From: Macrostomum lignano
Taxonomy: Eukaryota
Direction: 5' to 3'
Assembly (NCBI GenBank): GCA_002269645.1
Contig: NIVC01001967.1
Span: 62,001 to 126,000, forward strand
Length of the DNA: 64,000 bases
Below the pieces are notes generated by a model. That model was not told the DNA's origin. It saw nothing but the letters and a program-made list of their open reading frames with translations, and did not search any database. The stretch's first letter is position 1, and each line of letters begins with the position of its first letter. The translations under genes and the position numbers were made by a program. Of the stretch, positions 13,498 through 39,760 are shown piece by piece.

Positions 13498-15399
13498 GGT
13501 GTACATCTTGCTTCTTTTGTCTGAGCTAATCGAACTGCTGGCAAATTTCACATTTCACTGTCGCAGTTACAGTGCAAAAAGGCCACTTTTGAAGTCACTT
13601 GGTTCACATTCGAGATTGAAAAGGGTATAATAAAATATAGTAATCAGCTATTCACAGGCCCTTTAATTCAAAGTTAAAACGCACGCTTCTTACTACTTTA
13701 TTAAGTAGTTAAGTTACTAAAAATCGTTTGTCGAACGAATTCTTAAGATTGTTAAGCATTAAAACCCTGCTGTTATTGAGCAAAATTTACCAATAAACAA
13801 CTGCTGTAGCTACACTTGATTTTATTAGAAATGAGCTGGGAGGTCGGTAAGGAACGCACGTTCGTATTTGTATTTTAAATATAACCCCCGACAAATTCTG
13901 GTTATATGGAAAATAAAGTCCGAGACTGCATATAGTTATATCTGGTCGAGGATTTTAGACCATAGAACCGGATATCGGCGGGTATTACGAGTATATACGC
14001 TCGTAAAATTATATTAAATAGTATTGTATAGCTATGACAATTACTAAGACTATGGCTATTTCGATTGTTTTTATTCCCATTCCTACTTACTCCAGGTCTT
14101 TATTTGAGATATTCAACTATGTTTTACGACTTAAAATGTACAGTTCTTTGTTCACCTCAAATTTCACAAGAAAATCTTGTTGCAAACCGTTTGGTTCATT
14201 CAGAGAGAATGGCGTTAATATAATTGGCTTCGTTTTTAGGCCCGTTATAGCACTTAATTTATTAGTTCATTTTAACACTCACAACAGTGCGAGAAAAAAT
14301 GCTTAGCTGATATTGTTCGAGAGAACTCTATGTTGCTACTAATAGTAGAGTACTAGTACATAGAGGTCGCGAGGCACGAAGAAGCACAGAATACTAAGAA
14401 GCACACAGTATTCTGTGCTAAGAAAAGGAAGAGAATAAAAGACCGATAAAATGCTCGAAAATGAGTAGTGCTCGGTAAATGAGTTTGTGAATCATTGTCT
14501 CGACTTCCAGATTTTTTACTCTTGGTTTTATGCGAATTTCTTCGAGACAGGAAATCTGCTTACAGCCAAATGACGAACGAACTCATTAAAGTCAAGCAAT
14601 ACAGCAATATCTGCAGCACAAATACACTCGAACTCCCATATTCCTATATAAGGAGACTCGAATGAAAAGAATCGAATCGAATATTTCTGATCGAATTCCC
14701 GGGGGGCAAGCCAACAGCAGCACCAATAGAAAACGGGGATGAGAGAAAAAATCAATAAAAAACATGCGGGGCCCTCTCGAGTGCAATTCACCTCAGCAGG
14801 CGCGTCTTCGTTAAATCAAGGCCAAGAAAGCCTCAATTGAGTCTAAAGTGCGCCCCCACTTTTCCTTCTCCTGTTTCCCGAACTGAGTTCCCGAGCTCCC
14901 CCCCCCCGCCTTTATCATAAATCTAATCCTCTGGGGCGGGCGAACTTCTCAAATTACTTGAAACGCAAACAGATGACGCTGCTTAGCCGCAGTTCAGGCG
15001 CAGACACACTGTTTTAAGTTCTCTGTTTATCATACCTCAGTTGCTCGGCTACAACTCTGTTTGAGACGAGATGAAAGCAAACACAAGCTGAAAATCGAGA
15101 CCGTTAATGGATTTTCATAAGCCCGCACTAAAATAAAGTCAAACGAGCAAAACCCGAAGCTTACTGACCCGACGCTAAACACGACATCAAGCCGCTGCTG
15201 GACAAATATTGTGTTTTTTTACTTGAGACAAAGTTCATTTGACATGATTGAGACAATGATAGTGTGGAATGTGGTTCCTATTTCCTGTGGCATCAGTACA
15301 TGAATTGAAAAAAGGAAATCAAACAAATAACAAAAAGGCAGAAACAATAATATTTGTTTCGAGAATACTCTACGAAAAAATATCTCAACCTTCCAGAGA

Positions 15400-16340
15400 A
15401 TAACTCACCCTACGAGAGAATATCTCACACCACGAGAGAATATCTCACTCTACGAGAGAATATCTCACACTACGAGAGAATATCTCACCCTACGACAGAA
15501 TATCTCACCCTACGAGAGAATATCTCACACTACGAGAGAATATCTCACCCTACGAGAGAATATCTCACACCACGAGAGAATATCTCACCCTACAAGAGAA
15601 TATCTCATACTACGACAGAATATCTCACCCTACGAGAGTACATGTATTCTCACCCTAAGAGTGAACATCTCACCATATACGAGAGTATTCTTACCCTAAG
15701 AGTGAATATCTCACCCTATACGAGAGTATTCTCACCCTAAGAGTGAATATCTCACCCTATACGAGAGTATTCTCACCCTACGAGAGAATATCTCACCATA
15801 TACGAGAGTATTCTCACCCTAAGAGTGAATATCTCACCCTATACGAGAGTATTCTCACCCTAAGAGTGAATATCTCACCCTATACGAGAGTATTCTCACC
15901 CTAAGAGTGAACATCCCACAATATACGAGAGTATTCTCACCCTAAGAGTGAACATCCCACAATATACGAGAGTATTCTCACCCTAAGAGTGAATATCTCA
16001 CCCTATACGAGAGTATTCTCACCCTAAGAGTGAATATCTCACCCTATACGAGAGTATTCTCACCCTGAGAGTGAATATCTCACCATATACAAGAGTATTC
16101 TCACCCTGAGAGTGAATATCTCACAAAATACGAGAGTATTCTCACCCTGAGAGTGAATATCTCACCCTATACAAGAGTATTCTCACCCTGAGAGTGAACA
16201 TCTCACCCCAACGAGAGTATTCTCACCCTGAGAGTGAACATCTCACCCCAACGAGAGTATTCTCACCCTAAGAGTGAATATCTCACCATATACGAGAGTA
16301 TTCTCACCCTGAGAGTGAACATCTCACCCCAACGAGAGAA
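15400..16340. repeat. 20-bp / 41-bp compound minisatellite
   Basis: GAGAGAATATCTCACCCTAC (20 bp) up to about 15640, then a 41-bp unit GAGAGTATTCTCACCCTAAGAGTGAATATCTCACCCTATAC. Confidence 0.93.
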
Positions 16341-16980
16341 ATGTCTGGCTGCGCTGCCATTTCACCCGTACAGGAGTTGACAGATCGAAGCGGAAGAAAT
16401 TCAATAACATCCCGAACTGCAGAACTGTTCCATGCCATCACTAATCTCTCTCTCTAAGCTTCAGGTCTGGCAATTTTGTGGCGCTATTGATAAGCAGGGC
16501 AAATAACTGCGGACTCGCTAAAACTGGAAACTGTAAGGCTCAGGACGCAGCGGGGGGATGCAAGAATTTTTCCCACAATCTTCGAATGGCTGAAACGCTT
16601 GAGATGGGGAGGAGGGAGAATGAGCTGAGAGAGGAAGCTGGGAACACAGGCCAGCGGGGGGGCATTAGGGACTCGGAAGGCCACTCCAAAAGTCAATTTG
16701 GTGAAGTTGGCTGTGGGAGTTTTTCCTCATGGTCCAGCGTCATCAGACAGGAGCCAGCCATGCGTGCAGGCAGCGTCCCCAGCCTATGGCGGTGAAGTTG
16801 GGAAGGCCAGCGACTCGCCCCAGTCGGTTTGGCCGCACGGATTGGGTGGCCGGCGCGAGGAAAGCGGCGTGTCGGTGTGGATAAAATGCGCAATCACGGC
16901 CAGAGCCAGAGAGGCGGCCTGGAGAAAGTGAGAGAGAGGGCAATTAAGGTCAAATATCACTCGCGAGCAGCTCCAGCTCA

Positions 16981-31003
<14,023 letters not shown>

Positions 31004-31819
31004 GGAACACTGCATAGATTTTAACCCACGAGTGTTTAATTTGCAATTAACTGCTAATTAGAGCAGGAGTCATAGATTTTAGTCATTAAAAAAAACGCCG
31101 CGATCAACCTTTAACTTGCTTGTTTTTTAAACATTTGCCATAGCGTGCAGGACCCATATTTAACTTATTTTCAGTACAATCGAGCTGATGTAAAAAAACA
31201 TGATAACCTTAATCTGCTAGTGCTCGAATGCACTGTAGATTTATCTGACTAACTTGACAGTGATGTTCGTCTGTCATAAATAAAACGCCGCATAAAATAC
31301 TAGTTGCAATTAGCACTCGAAACTACTCACTTTGAAGACATTAGCATCTCCAATTCTTCGCGTATGTACGTAATTACTCCTGACTCTCTTAGTCATACAA
31401 AGTTTCTATTAAACTGTTCACGATTATTTTGTCTATTTTTCTGAATAGGAGCGGTTAAAGTAGTAGTAAAACAGCTAAGACTTTATTTTGAAATTTCTGT
31501 GATTGGAAGGATGTTTCAGCTTTTGTTACCATAGAAAACTTGTAACTTAGCATTATTAAATTACACAGAACAACTCAAACCTTAGAATTATTTCTTCGAT
31601 CATGTCCATTGACCAATATGAAACCTTTTTTTACTGTAATTTACAGATGCGAGCAAACTGAATATTGAATAAGCGGATTTACAAGTCGTACATTATACCC
31701 ACAAAAGAAAGGGTATATTATTTTCGATTCAGACAGAGAAGAGCCAAGTTATTAAAGTGACAATAGAATATGAAAACAAGGAGCAGTCTTAATCCAAACG
31801 AGCAGTCTTAATCAACAAT

Positions 31820-32520
31820 CCAAAACCAACAGTCCAACCAGTCCTAGCGAACAGTTTAACCAACAGTCCAACCAACGACAGTCCTAGCGAACAGTTTAAC
31901 CAACAGTCTAACCAACGACAGTCCTAGCGAACAGTTTAACCAACAGTCTAACCAACGACAGTCCTAGCGAACAGTTTAACCAACAGTCTAACCAACGACA
32001 GTCCTAGCGAACAGTTTAACCAACAGTCTAACCAACGACAGTCCTAGCGAACAGTTTAACCAACAGTCTAACCAACGACAGTCCTAACGAACAGTTTAAC
32101 CCAGTTTAACCAAAATTCCAACCAACGACAGTCCTAGCGAACAGTCTAACCAACAGTCTAACAACAGTCCAACCAACGACAGTCCTAGCGAACAGTCTAA
32201 CCAACAGTCTAACAACAGTCCAACCAACGACAGTCCTAGCGAACAGTCTAACCAACGACAGTCATAGCCAACAGTCAGAGCCAACAGTCTAACCAAAAGT
32301 CTAACAACAGTCCAACCAACGACAGTCCTAGCGAACAGTCTAACCAACAGTCTAACCAACAGTCTAACCAACAGTCTAACCAACGACAGTCCTAGCGAAC
32401 AGTCTAACCAACAGTCTAACCAACGACAGTCATAGCCAACAGTCAGAGCCAACAGTCTAACCAACAGTCTAACCAACGACAGTCATAGCCAACAGTCAGA
32501 GTCAACAGTCTAACCAACGG
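31820..32520. repeat. About 40-bp modular minisatellite built from AACAGTC blocks
   Basis: Unit CAACAGTCTAACCAACGACAGTCCTAGCGAACAGTTTAAC with shuffled variants. Confidence 0.9.
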
Positions 32521-33802
32521 TCCTAACCGGTTCGAATGACGAATACTCGTAGCTTTCTTGTCTACCATTTGAAGTACTGATAACCCATTGATACGCCTAG
32601 AGTAAATCACAGCAAAGTAAAGTGCACGCTTGCTATCCGAATGTAGGTGTGGGACTTAGCAAATTTTATTAAGCTACAACACACTGCGCGTAGTATATTG
32701 TTAGCAATCAGAAGTTAGTTAAGCAAGTGAAAAAAGTACACATGAATATGCTAATAAAATGGACATGGATAATAAGTATTAAAATGGCATGCAATACAAG
32801 CATGATGAAGAGAAATTTCACCCGTAGTTTGAAGTAAATTATCTGTTGAATTTTTGGGAAACGCAAGCTTTACAAATAAGCCAATAAAAAGCACAGGTAT
32901 TTACTGGTAGATATGAATATGAAGGGTGCAGAATCTATAGGCTGAGAAAATACTAACTTAAAGTAAAAAATCGAGATAAGCAAAACAAAGAGTTTAAAGT
33001 GCCGCAATGTACAGGTAGAATTTTGAGTTCCTCGAAGCGCTGGCAGTATATAAAAAATAGACGGATAGCCGAGCAGGCTCGGAACTCTTAGCTGCCGAAC
33101 AGGTAAACAGGTTTGCAAGTTGAAACTCGACTTGGGACAGTCAATTAGAATTCAAGTAGCTAAATAAGACCACTTTTAATGAAGCAGCTAATGTTGCACT
33201 TCATTGGCGTAGCTTTTTCACGCAGCACTCAATAACATAAAAATTAGGTATTAATTTTCAATATTATTCAATATTAAAGCCTATACAATGCTCAAATATG
33301 AGACGCATCAAACTGACCAAAATGTATATGAACTCAATAGGACCGAAACAACAATATTAATCAGCAGAAATTTAATCAGACAGCATAAATTACAAATTCA
33401 ACGGCCGTGAAAATACAGTAAATAAGCTAAATTTCAATTGCCACTCCTCCCCCTTAGTAGAAATATGGAAAAGGTAGTCAAATAGCTTACTATCGATAGA
33501 ATACATGTAGAAAATCGAGCTGCAGGTGATAATAGCTCGTATGTTCTGATGAAACTATAATTGAGTAGTAAATAACCTAACTAATTTGCTGCACTTGGTC
33601 CCCATAACTTACACAGGTCTTCAAAACAAGTTCATGCTTTTAGCCTACTCTCATCAGACATCAGACATCAGAACCGAGATTTCTTGTGGAGGACAAATTT
33701 TTCTCCCCGTGACTTAGTACCACTTTTTTACCCGAAATTTTGAACAAAGTCACATCTTTTTTGGTATCAATCAGCAAAAAGGTGTGTGATCTGTGCTCAG
33801 AG

Positions 33803-35983
33803 CTAGGCTGTTCCCTCAGCGGTTGTAGACGTGACCGGGCACCGAGGCGACTCGCCCTGGTGCGGCGGCTGGTGCTGCTCGTGATGGAAATGATGATGGT
33901 GCTGATGCAGCGGATTGTGATGCGAATCGGAGGCCAGAAGGCTGGAGGAGTGCTGCTGCTGCTGCTGATACTGATGCTGGTGTGCCTCATCAAAGCGCAC
34001 TGAAGTGGCCTCAGCAGTCGCAGCAGGAGGTCCCACAGACCCGGCCCGAGTGGCAGCAGCGGCAGCAGCGGCGGCAAGAGCAGCCATGGCAGCCTCAGCT
34101 TGAGCCTCGGCTTCGGCTCGCTGACGCCGCAGGCTGTCAAGAAATTCGCGGCCTCTCCGTGTGGCCTTCCATCGGTAATAGCCAGCCACAACCTGGCCAA
34201 CGGTGAGCGCAGGGAGTCGCTGCTGCCTAATCAGGCCAAACTGCTTGCCGTGCTCGGCCAGGCCGCTCTCCAGCGCGTCCAGATCTTCGCTAGTCCACGT
34301 TGCTTCATCCGCCTCAGCCTCCGACGATGAGGAAGCTTCGGGCTCGGGCGAAGCTGAGGTAGCAGCCGGGCTGCGGATGTAGCGAGTTCCGGCACTTCCG
34401 CCTGTAAATTTGAGCGCAGCAGCGATGCATTCAATTGGGAAATTCAAAACGCAACAGGTAGGAAATTATTTAATACTGGCTGGTTAATTGCGCTGTGGAA
34501 TCGTAGCTTCGGTTTGGTGAAACTTCGATGCTATGAAGTTGGAATTTGGAGATCTATAGCTGTTAAATCTCAGGTTTACTAAATAAACAAATTAACATAC
34601 TAGTTTGATTTAAAATGCTTTTGATTCAGAAACAACACTGAATTCATTCTGAATTAACAAAAATTAACTCATACAGGCGCAACAGTCGGCCGAGTCGGCC
34701 GATCAGGCCGACCGATTTGGCAGCCAATCCAGGAAGTCGCAAAAATGCCCACCCGAAAAAATACCAAAGTAGTATTACTAAGTAGCTGACGAGACATTTT
34801 GACCTAATAAGACAGTCATAGTTACTCCCGCCGTTTACCCAAAGTTGCGTTAATTTTGCTTTAGGGTTTTTATTATATGTAAGTTGCATTTTTGGCCAAA
34901 AACTACGTCGCATTTTTGTTAAAACTAAGTCGCATGGCCGACCGAATTTTGGAGGTTGCGCATGTATGAATTAACTAGAAGCTTTTATGGGAGTTCTTAT
35001 CCAACTGACAGAGTGGAACATTTCTGCACACAATTATAAGAGATTAGCAAGAAATTCCTGCCTTACTACTTAAAGGTAGGCAAATCAGCTGCAGTATATA
35101 CCCTGCACAGGCATTAATAAAAATAATTTAAGCTATTTTTGTCATACTTTACTACTGATGGTTGATGACTTCAGTCTGAGTGGTCACTATTTTCGAAGCT
35201 GTAAGCTTTAGCGATTCATGTCGGGGTAACATCTTCTAAATATACTAATTTACTAATTTTGCGCTGTCTGTGTCATTGAAAACTAATAAAATATCAGAAA
35301 TGAAGCCGATATGTATCGAAATAACACAGAAACCCTGTGATGAAAAATTCGATCTGGAAGTGCTGGGTCAAACATTATGAATTTGAATGCCTCCCATGGG
35401 GGGCTTAGAGAGCTAGTTATCAACTACAGTTGAAAGAACTTGCGCATACCTGAAACTCCGGCCCAAGCCGGGGCTCCTTCGGTCTCCAGTTAGTCGGGCA
35501 GGCATAGTCGGGATCGTCTTCCTCTTCCTCATCATCCTCTTCTTCTACCTCAGCCTGGTTGAAATTGCCGCCGTCGGCCTGACCGGCAGCCGGTGCCTCC
35601 TCGCGTCCACCGCCATAGCCGTAGCGAGCCATCAGCTGCTCCAGCGGCAGCTCCGCCTCAGCCTCCAGATTGGCCAGCTCGTCAGCGTCGCCCAGGCCGC
35701 CAGATTCGGCCGCCTCGGCTGCCTCCTCCTCGGCCAGGGTCTCCTCTTCGTCCTCTCCGTCGTCCGCTTCGTCATCGTAAAAGTACTCATCCTCCTCTTC
35801 CGCCTCTTCATTCTCTCCATTACCTGAACAATCGGCTTGTACAGCGTTCTCTTCGACGCTTTTATCGACTGCCTCAGCTGGCGGCGGTGCTGGCTGCTGC
35901 TGCTTATCCTCGCTGCTGCAGCCGGATGCGTCAGTCGGCGACTCAGAGCTGTCAGCGGCGGCGGCCATTTCCGATGAAGGCAT
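33803..35983 (-). CDS. MIER: MIER-family ELM2/SANT chromatin co-repressor; 2 exons, one-base frameshift in exon 2
   Basis: Exon 1 35983-35450 (acidic region, ELANLEAEAELPLEQLMARYGY, then WRPKEPRLGPEFQ); exon 2 34401-33803 begins AEVP, completing the ELM2 start FQ|AEVP. The SANT domain WTSEDLDALESGLAEHGKQFGLIRQQRLPALTVGQVVAGYYRWK lies in another frame; exon 2 is 599 nt, one short of 600. Confidence 0.8.
34670..34968. mobile_element. hAT-type MITE (299 bp) in the MIER intron
   Basis: TIR CATACAGGCGCAAC / GTTGCGCATGTATG; perfect 8-bp TSD AATTAACT; homologous to the copy at 55355-55635. Confidence 0.88.
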
Positions 35984-37042
35984 CAAATGAAGTATAATTT
36001 TAGGCTTTTGCAGTAGAAGCAGAAATCCTATGCTATCGCAATCAAATTAGACAGGTGCAGAATCTAACAATTATTATAGCAAACAGTTACAATGAAATGG
36101 AAGAACAGATAATAATGCTATTCAAATTTATTACAGGCAGTTAGCGGGATAGCATTGAGATGCACAAATCATGTACTACTACAGCACAGAGTTAAGGACC
36201 CCTAAAATCAGGACGAGAGACTTCATTTCTTGGAAATTTTTGTAACAGGCATTTATCGAGAAAAACACACCTTTTCGAGTTAAGAAATTCGGAATTCTAA
36301 AGCTTTGTACATAGCAACAACAAAGACACGAGCCTTCAAAATATTTCCAAGAAATAAAGCGTTTTTACTTCCGTCTAACTTGATTCCAGCGAATAACAGG
36401 TCAGAAAAAAGACTAGTAAATGTGACGATAGAGGCATAAGGAAAAAATGATTGTTAATTTAGAAAATAAACATTACACTGTGTCTATGCAGTTATCTTAA
36501 TTCTAAAATTTATAAAGTTCGATGTCAGTTTATTGATTCAACATCCATTATGCATTTCAAAAATCGTTGTACCAAGAAGGCGGATTCTATTTGAGAACAG
36601 ACATTATGGTATTTTATTAAACAGATCTCATTCTTAGATTCTATAATATGGCCTAAGAGAGCCAACGCAATTTTGGACACTCTAGATTTTGCCATAGAAA
36701 TCATGCAAGCTAATAGATTTTATCATACACAAAACCAACCCTGTACGCTGCGGAGAGATTTTAATCATATGAAAAACCAATAATCTTGTACGTTGTGGGA
36801 AGATTTTTTCATACAGACGTAACCATAGACACCCTGCAAGCTACTGAGATTTTACCATAGACAAAACTAATCCCGTACTCTGTGTGGAGATCTTGCCAAA
36901 GACAAAAACAATCCTGCAAAGTCCGCAGAGAATTCACCATAGACATAATAAAACTTGCACGTAGAGTTAAGTAACGTTAAGTCTGAAAGAGATTTATACA
37001 AGCATGCAATACTACAATGAAACAAGCGAAATTGGCAAATAA

Positions 37043-37468
37043 TTAAAACCTGGGTCGCATATGCCGCGAGCAAAAGGCAAAGAACAGATGCAAATGAATG
37101 AGCACAAACAAGGGTATGAACACCTCAGAGTAATGGTAGGACCTGTGCTTAGACAGCTTCTGAGCAAGCATCAGCTCGAATATAAACAGAAAAACAGAGT
37201 TCAACAGCCGTAGAGCCAGGAAGAACGTGAACTTGCGCTTGACTTCAGTCTCGCGAATGAATCTGCCTATAATAATAATATTGAAGTATAGGACCAGTCC
37301 GTTAGCGACAAACAGAGGGGAGAAGACCAAGTACCAGCTGGCACTCAAGGAACCGTCCACCTTTGCGCATAGCAGTAGAAAGAATGACAAAAGTCCACAG
37401 CTGTAAATCAGCAGGTCCAGCACTGATGCGTGCAGGTAGTGCAGCAGATTCTGCAGAGGCAAGAACAT
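37043..37468 (-). CDS. TMEM203: Transmembrane protein 203-like, single exon, 141 aa
   Basis: MFLPLQNLLHYL...LLLCAKVDG...SWYLVFSPLFVANGLVLYF...FIFELMLAQKL...PLFVL follows the TMEM203 pattern (VDG, W..VF.P.F...GL..YF, F.FE.LL.QKL) as recalled. Confidence 0.85.
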   Translation of the reverse strand: MFLPLQNLLHYLHASVLDLLIYSCGLLSFFLLLCAKVDGSLSASWYLVFSPLFVANGLVLYFNIIIIGRFIRETEVKRKFTFFLALRLLNSVFLFIFELMLAQKLSKHRSYHYSEVFIPLFVLIHLHLFFAFCSRHMRPRF

Positions 37469-39121
37469 TGCTGCTGCTTGTCAAGCAATAGCCTTAAAAC
37501 ACCTGGTCGTCTGCTCTTTGTCCGAGTCAGGGCATGCAAAATTGCAATATGAAGCATAGGTCAAGCACTGCTAAAATCTATTTTTAAACTATTTTAAATA
37601 AGGTGCCTATTTATGATTCTAAGTTGACACTACTAAGGGTAAAGAATAAAGCAGTAAAGCTTATCGCCTACCTGGCCTGAAGTTTTACACTGTCCTGTTT
37701 TACCTTGTCTTATCCTGTCTAATTGGCTAACACAATAAAAAATGAAGAATCTATCTCAAGCAAAAAATTGGAAAAAAAACTTTTATTTTTACCAAACAAT
37801 AGTGGCAGTTGAACAAGAAAGCCTACCAAATTTAATGATTAACCAAGATAAAAATGACAATGGTTAAACAACACAAATAAAACTGGCAAAAAGTCCGACC
37901 AGAGCTATTAAAGACATTGAATTGAAAAGTGAACACAATAAAAACCCAAATATGTAATCGAATGTTTCTCTCAAGACTCAAGAGGCAAAGAAATTGAGCT
38001 AATACTCGCACGGCAATAGCATTTCAATAGTTAATGATAGAAACTCTAATGGGTAAGGAAGCATTTGATGGACCCAACCCGATGAGAACGGTACCTAGCG
38101 ACCAAGAAGCGTCGCCCCAGAGTCGTTGCAGGTAATACAGGTAAAATAGGGAATACTGAATCTAGACGACTCTATATGGAATGACGAGATTTCACAATAT
38201 AAGTCGCCAAAGAGTCAATTTAAGGCGTCTTTAGTCTGCGACTCTGGGGCCGAAGAGTCGTAACTGAGACGTGCCAGTCGCTGTAGAATCACTGAGTTGC
38301 GTCTAAAGCGCATCTGTGTCACTTTATGAATTAGAATTGCATTTCGCATTTATAACTCTATTTAGTCTACTTGAGCCAGTAGAAAGTTAAGTGCTATCAC
38401 AACGACACTTAGACGACTTTTTCGGGACTCTGACGATTCTACAGCTTTGAGTCGTTAAAGTCAAACAGTCACTAGAGTAACTAGTGAGTTGCTTGCAATG
38501 ACTCGAGCGATCCTTGTCACGGTAACATTTTCAACGGGCAGATTTTTCATACTATGAATTCGAATTAATAAGCGGCATCTTTTTGGCTTACATTTTCAAG
38601 GGAAGCAGAGCTAGAGTTTAAACAATATGATTAAATGAAAACAATAATACAAACGTAGATTTTCTTTCAATCGCATTGAACATCGAATCAAGGATCACTA
38701 GATGTAGAATAAGTACTTCTCGTACTTATATTGGTCCTTGCATAGAAACATAGAGACAAGCGATTACAATTAAAAAATTGATTCGCTAACAAAATCACCA
38801 GGTGAGACGAATGAATACAACAACAGCATAAACCATAATATCTGATTATTTTATTTATACACTACTACTTTTATTATAGCCAACCACCAGAAACCCTATT
38901 GAATCATAATAGAACACATTTAACATCAACACTGACATTGTGATTGTTTTTGCCATTGACAAGTAAAGTTTAGACATCTTGAGCCACCGCGGGGCACGTG
39001 CCTCTACTGAAACCATCGCCATCAAAACGACAGTTGTGTACACGTAAAACTTGTCACTTTTTCAGCCATTTTCCCGCACAATTAAGTCAGTGGCAAAATC
39101 CCTGCATTAAGCTCGGTTGAT

Positions 39122-39760
39122 TCACACCTCAATCTGGGTCTGCTTTCCGCGCACAACCCTAGTAACATAGACGTAGAAGAAATCAGCATACAGAACTGTC
39201 TGCAGACAGCCGGCTATCACGGCTATGGCCTCAAAGTAGTCGTCAACAAAGTAGCGGTATATCCAATTAATAATGTAAAACGCTCGATAAGAGCCAAGAG
39301 CGAACAGGTAGTGCGATGTGATGGTATCAGCTGATCCAGTTTTGCTAATCAGAAACAGTTGCGGCAGGATAGCAACAGACTCCAGGTAGATACTGTAAGT
39401 CCAGAGAACCTCAACAACTGTTAGCTGGTGGTTCACTAGCACAGCCAATCCAGCTGCTGTAATTACCAGCCACTCGGCTCTGAAGCTGTCATGATTGCCA
39501 TCATAAGTAGCCCGATATTTGCAATAGACTAAGAACACTGTTAACCAAGTTAGCAAAACAAAGGCAATCTTCATTGTTGTGTTATATGCCGATATGTAAA
39601 CCGTGAAGAGGTCCAAGTAGCGCGTGGTAAAAACCAGGCCAAATAGAAACTGCGACTTGCCGGAAATGCCACTTACTGAGCGGGTTTGCCAGATTTTTGC
39701 CAGCAGAATAACAATGGCAAACAGATGGCTCATGTCGCCAATTAGTCGGAAAATGTTCAT
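39122..39760 (-). CDS. KDELR: ER lumen protein-retaining (KDEL) receptor, intronless, 212 aa
   Basis: MNIFRLIGDMSHL...GISGKSQ...FTTRYLDLF...WTYSIYLESVAILPQL...HYLFALGSYRAFYIINWIYRY...QTVLYADFFY. Confidence 0.97.
   Translation of the reverse strand: MNIFRLIGDMSHLFAIVILLAKIWQTRSVSGISGKSQFLFGLVFTTRYLDLFTVYISAYNTTMKIAFVLLTWLTVFLVYCKYRATYDGNHDSFRAEWLVITAAGLAVLVNHQLTVVEVLWTYSIYLESVAILPQLFLISKTGSADTITSHYLFALGSYRAFYIINWIYRYFVDDYFEAIAVIAGCLQTVLYADFFYVYVTRVVRGKQTQIEV

Noticed and set aside
13820-13860. About 35-bp similarity to 60360-60398 (TTAGAAATGAGCTGG...GGTAAG.AACG)
   Set aside because: Short, with no extension on the far side of the Tc1 insertion, so no element can be defined.
940-16340. CRISPR-like appearance of the 22-37 bp arrays
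   Set aside because: Units are head-to-tail with no unique spacers, there are no cas genes, and the context is eukaryotic.
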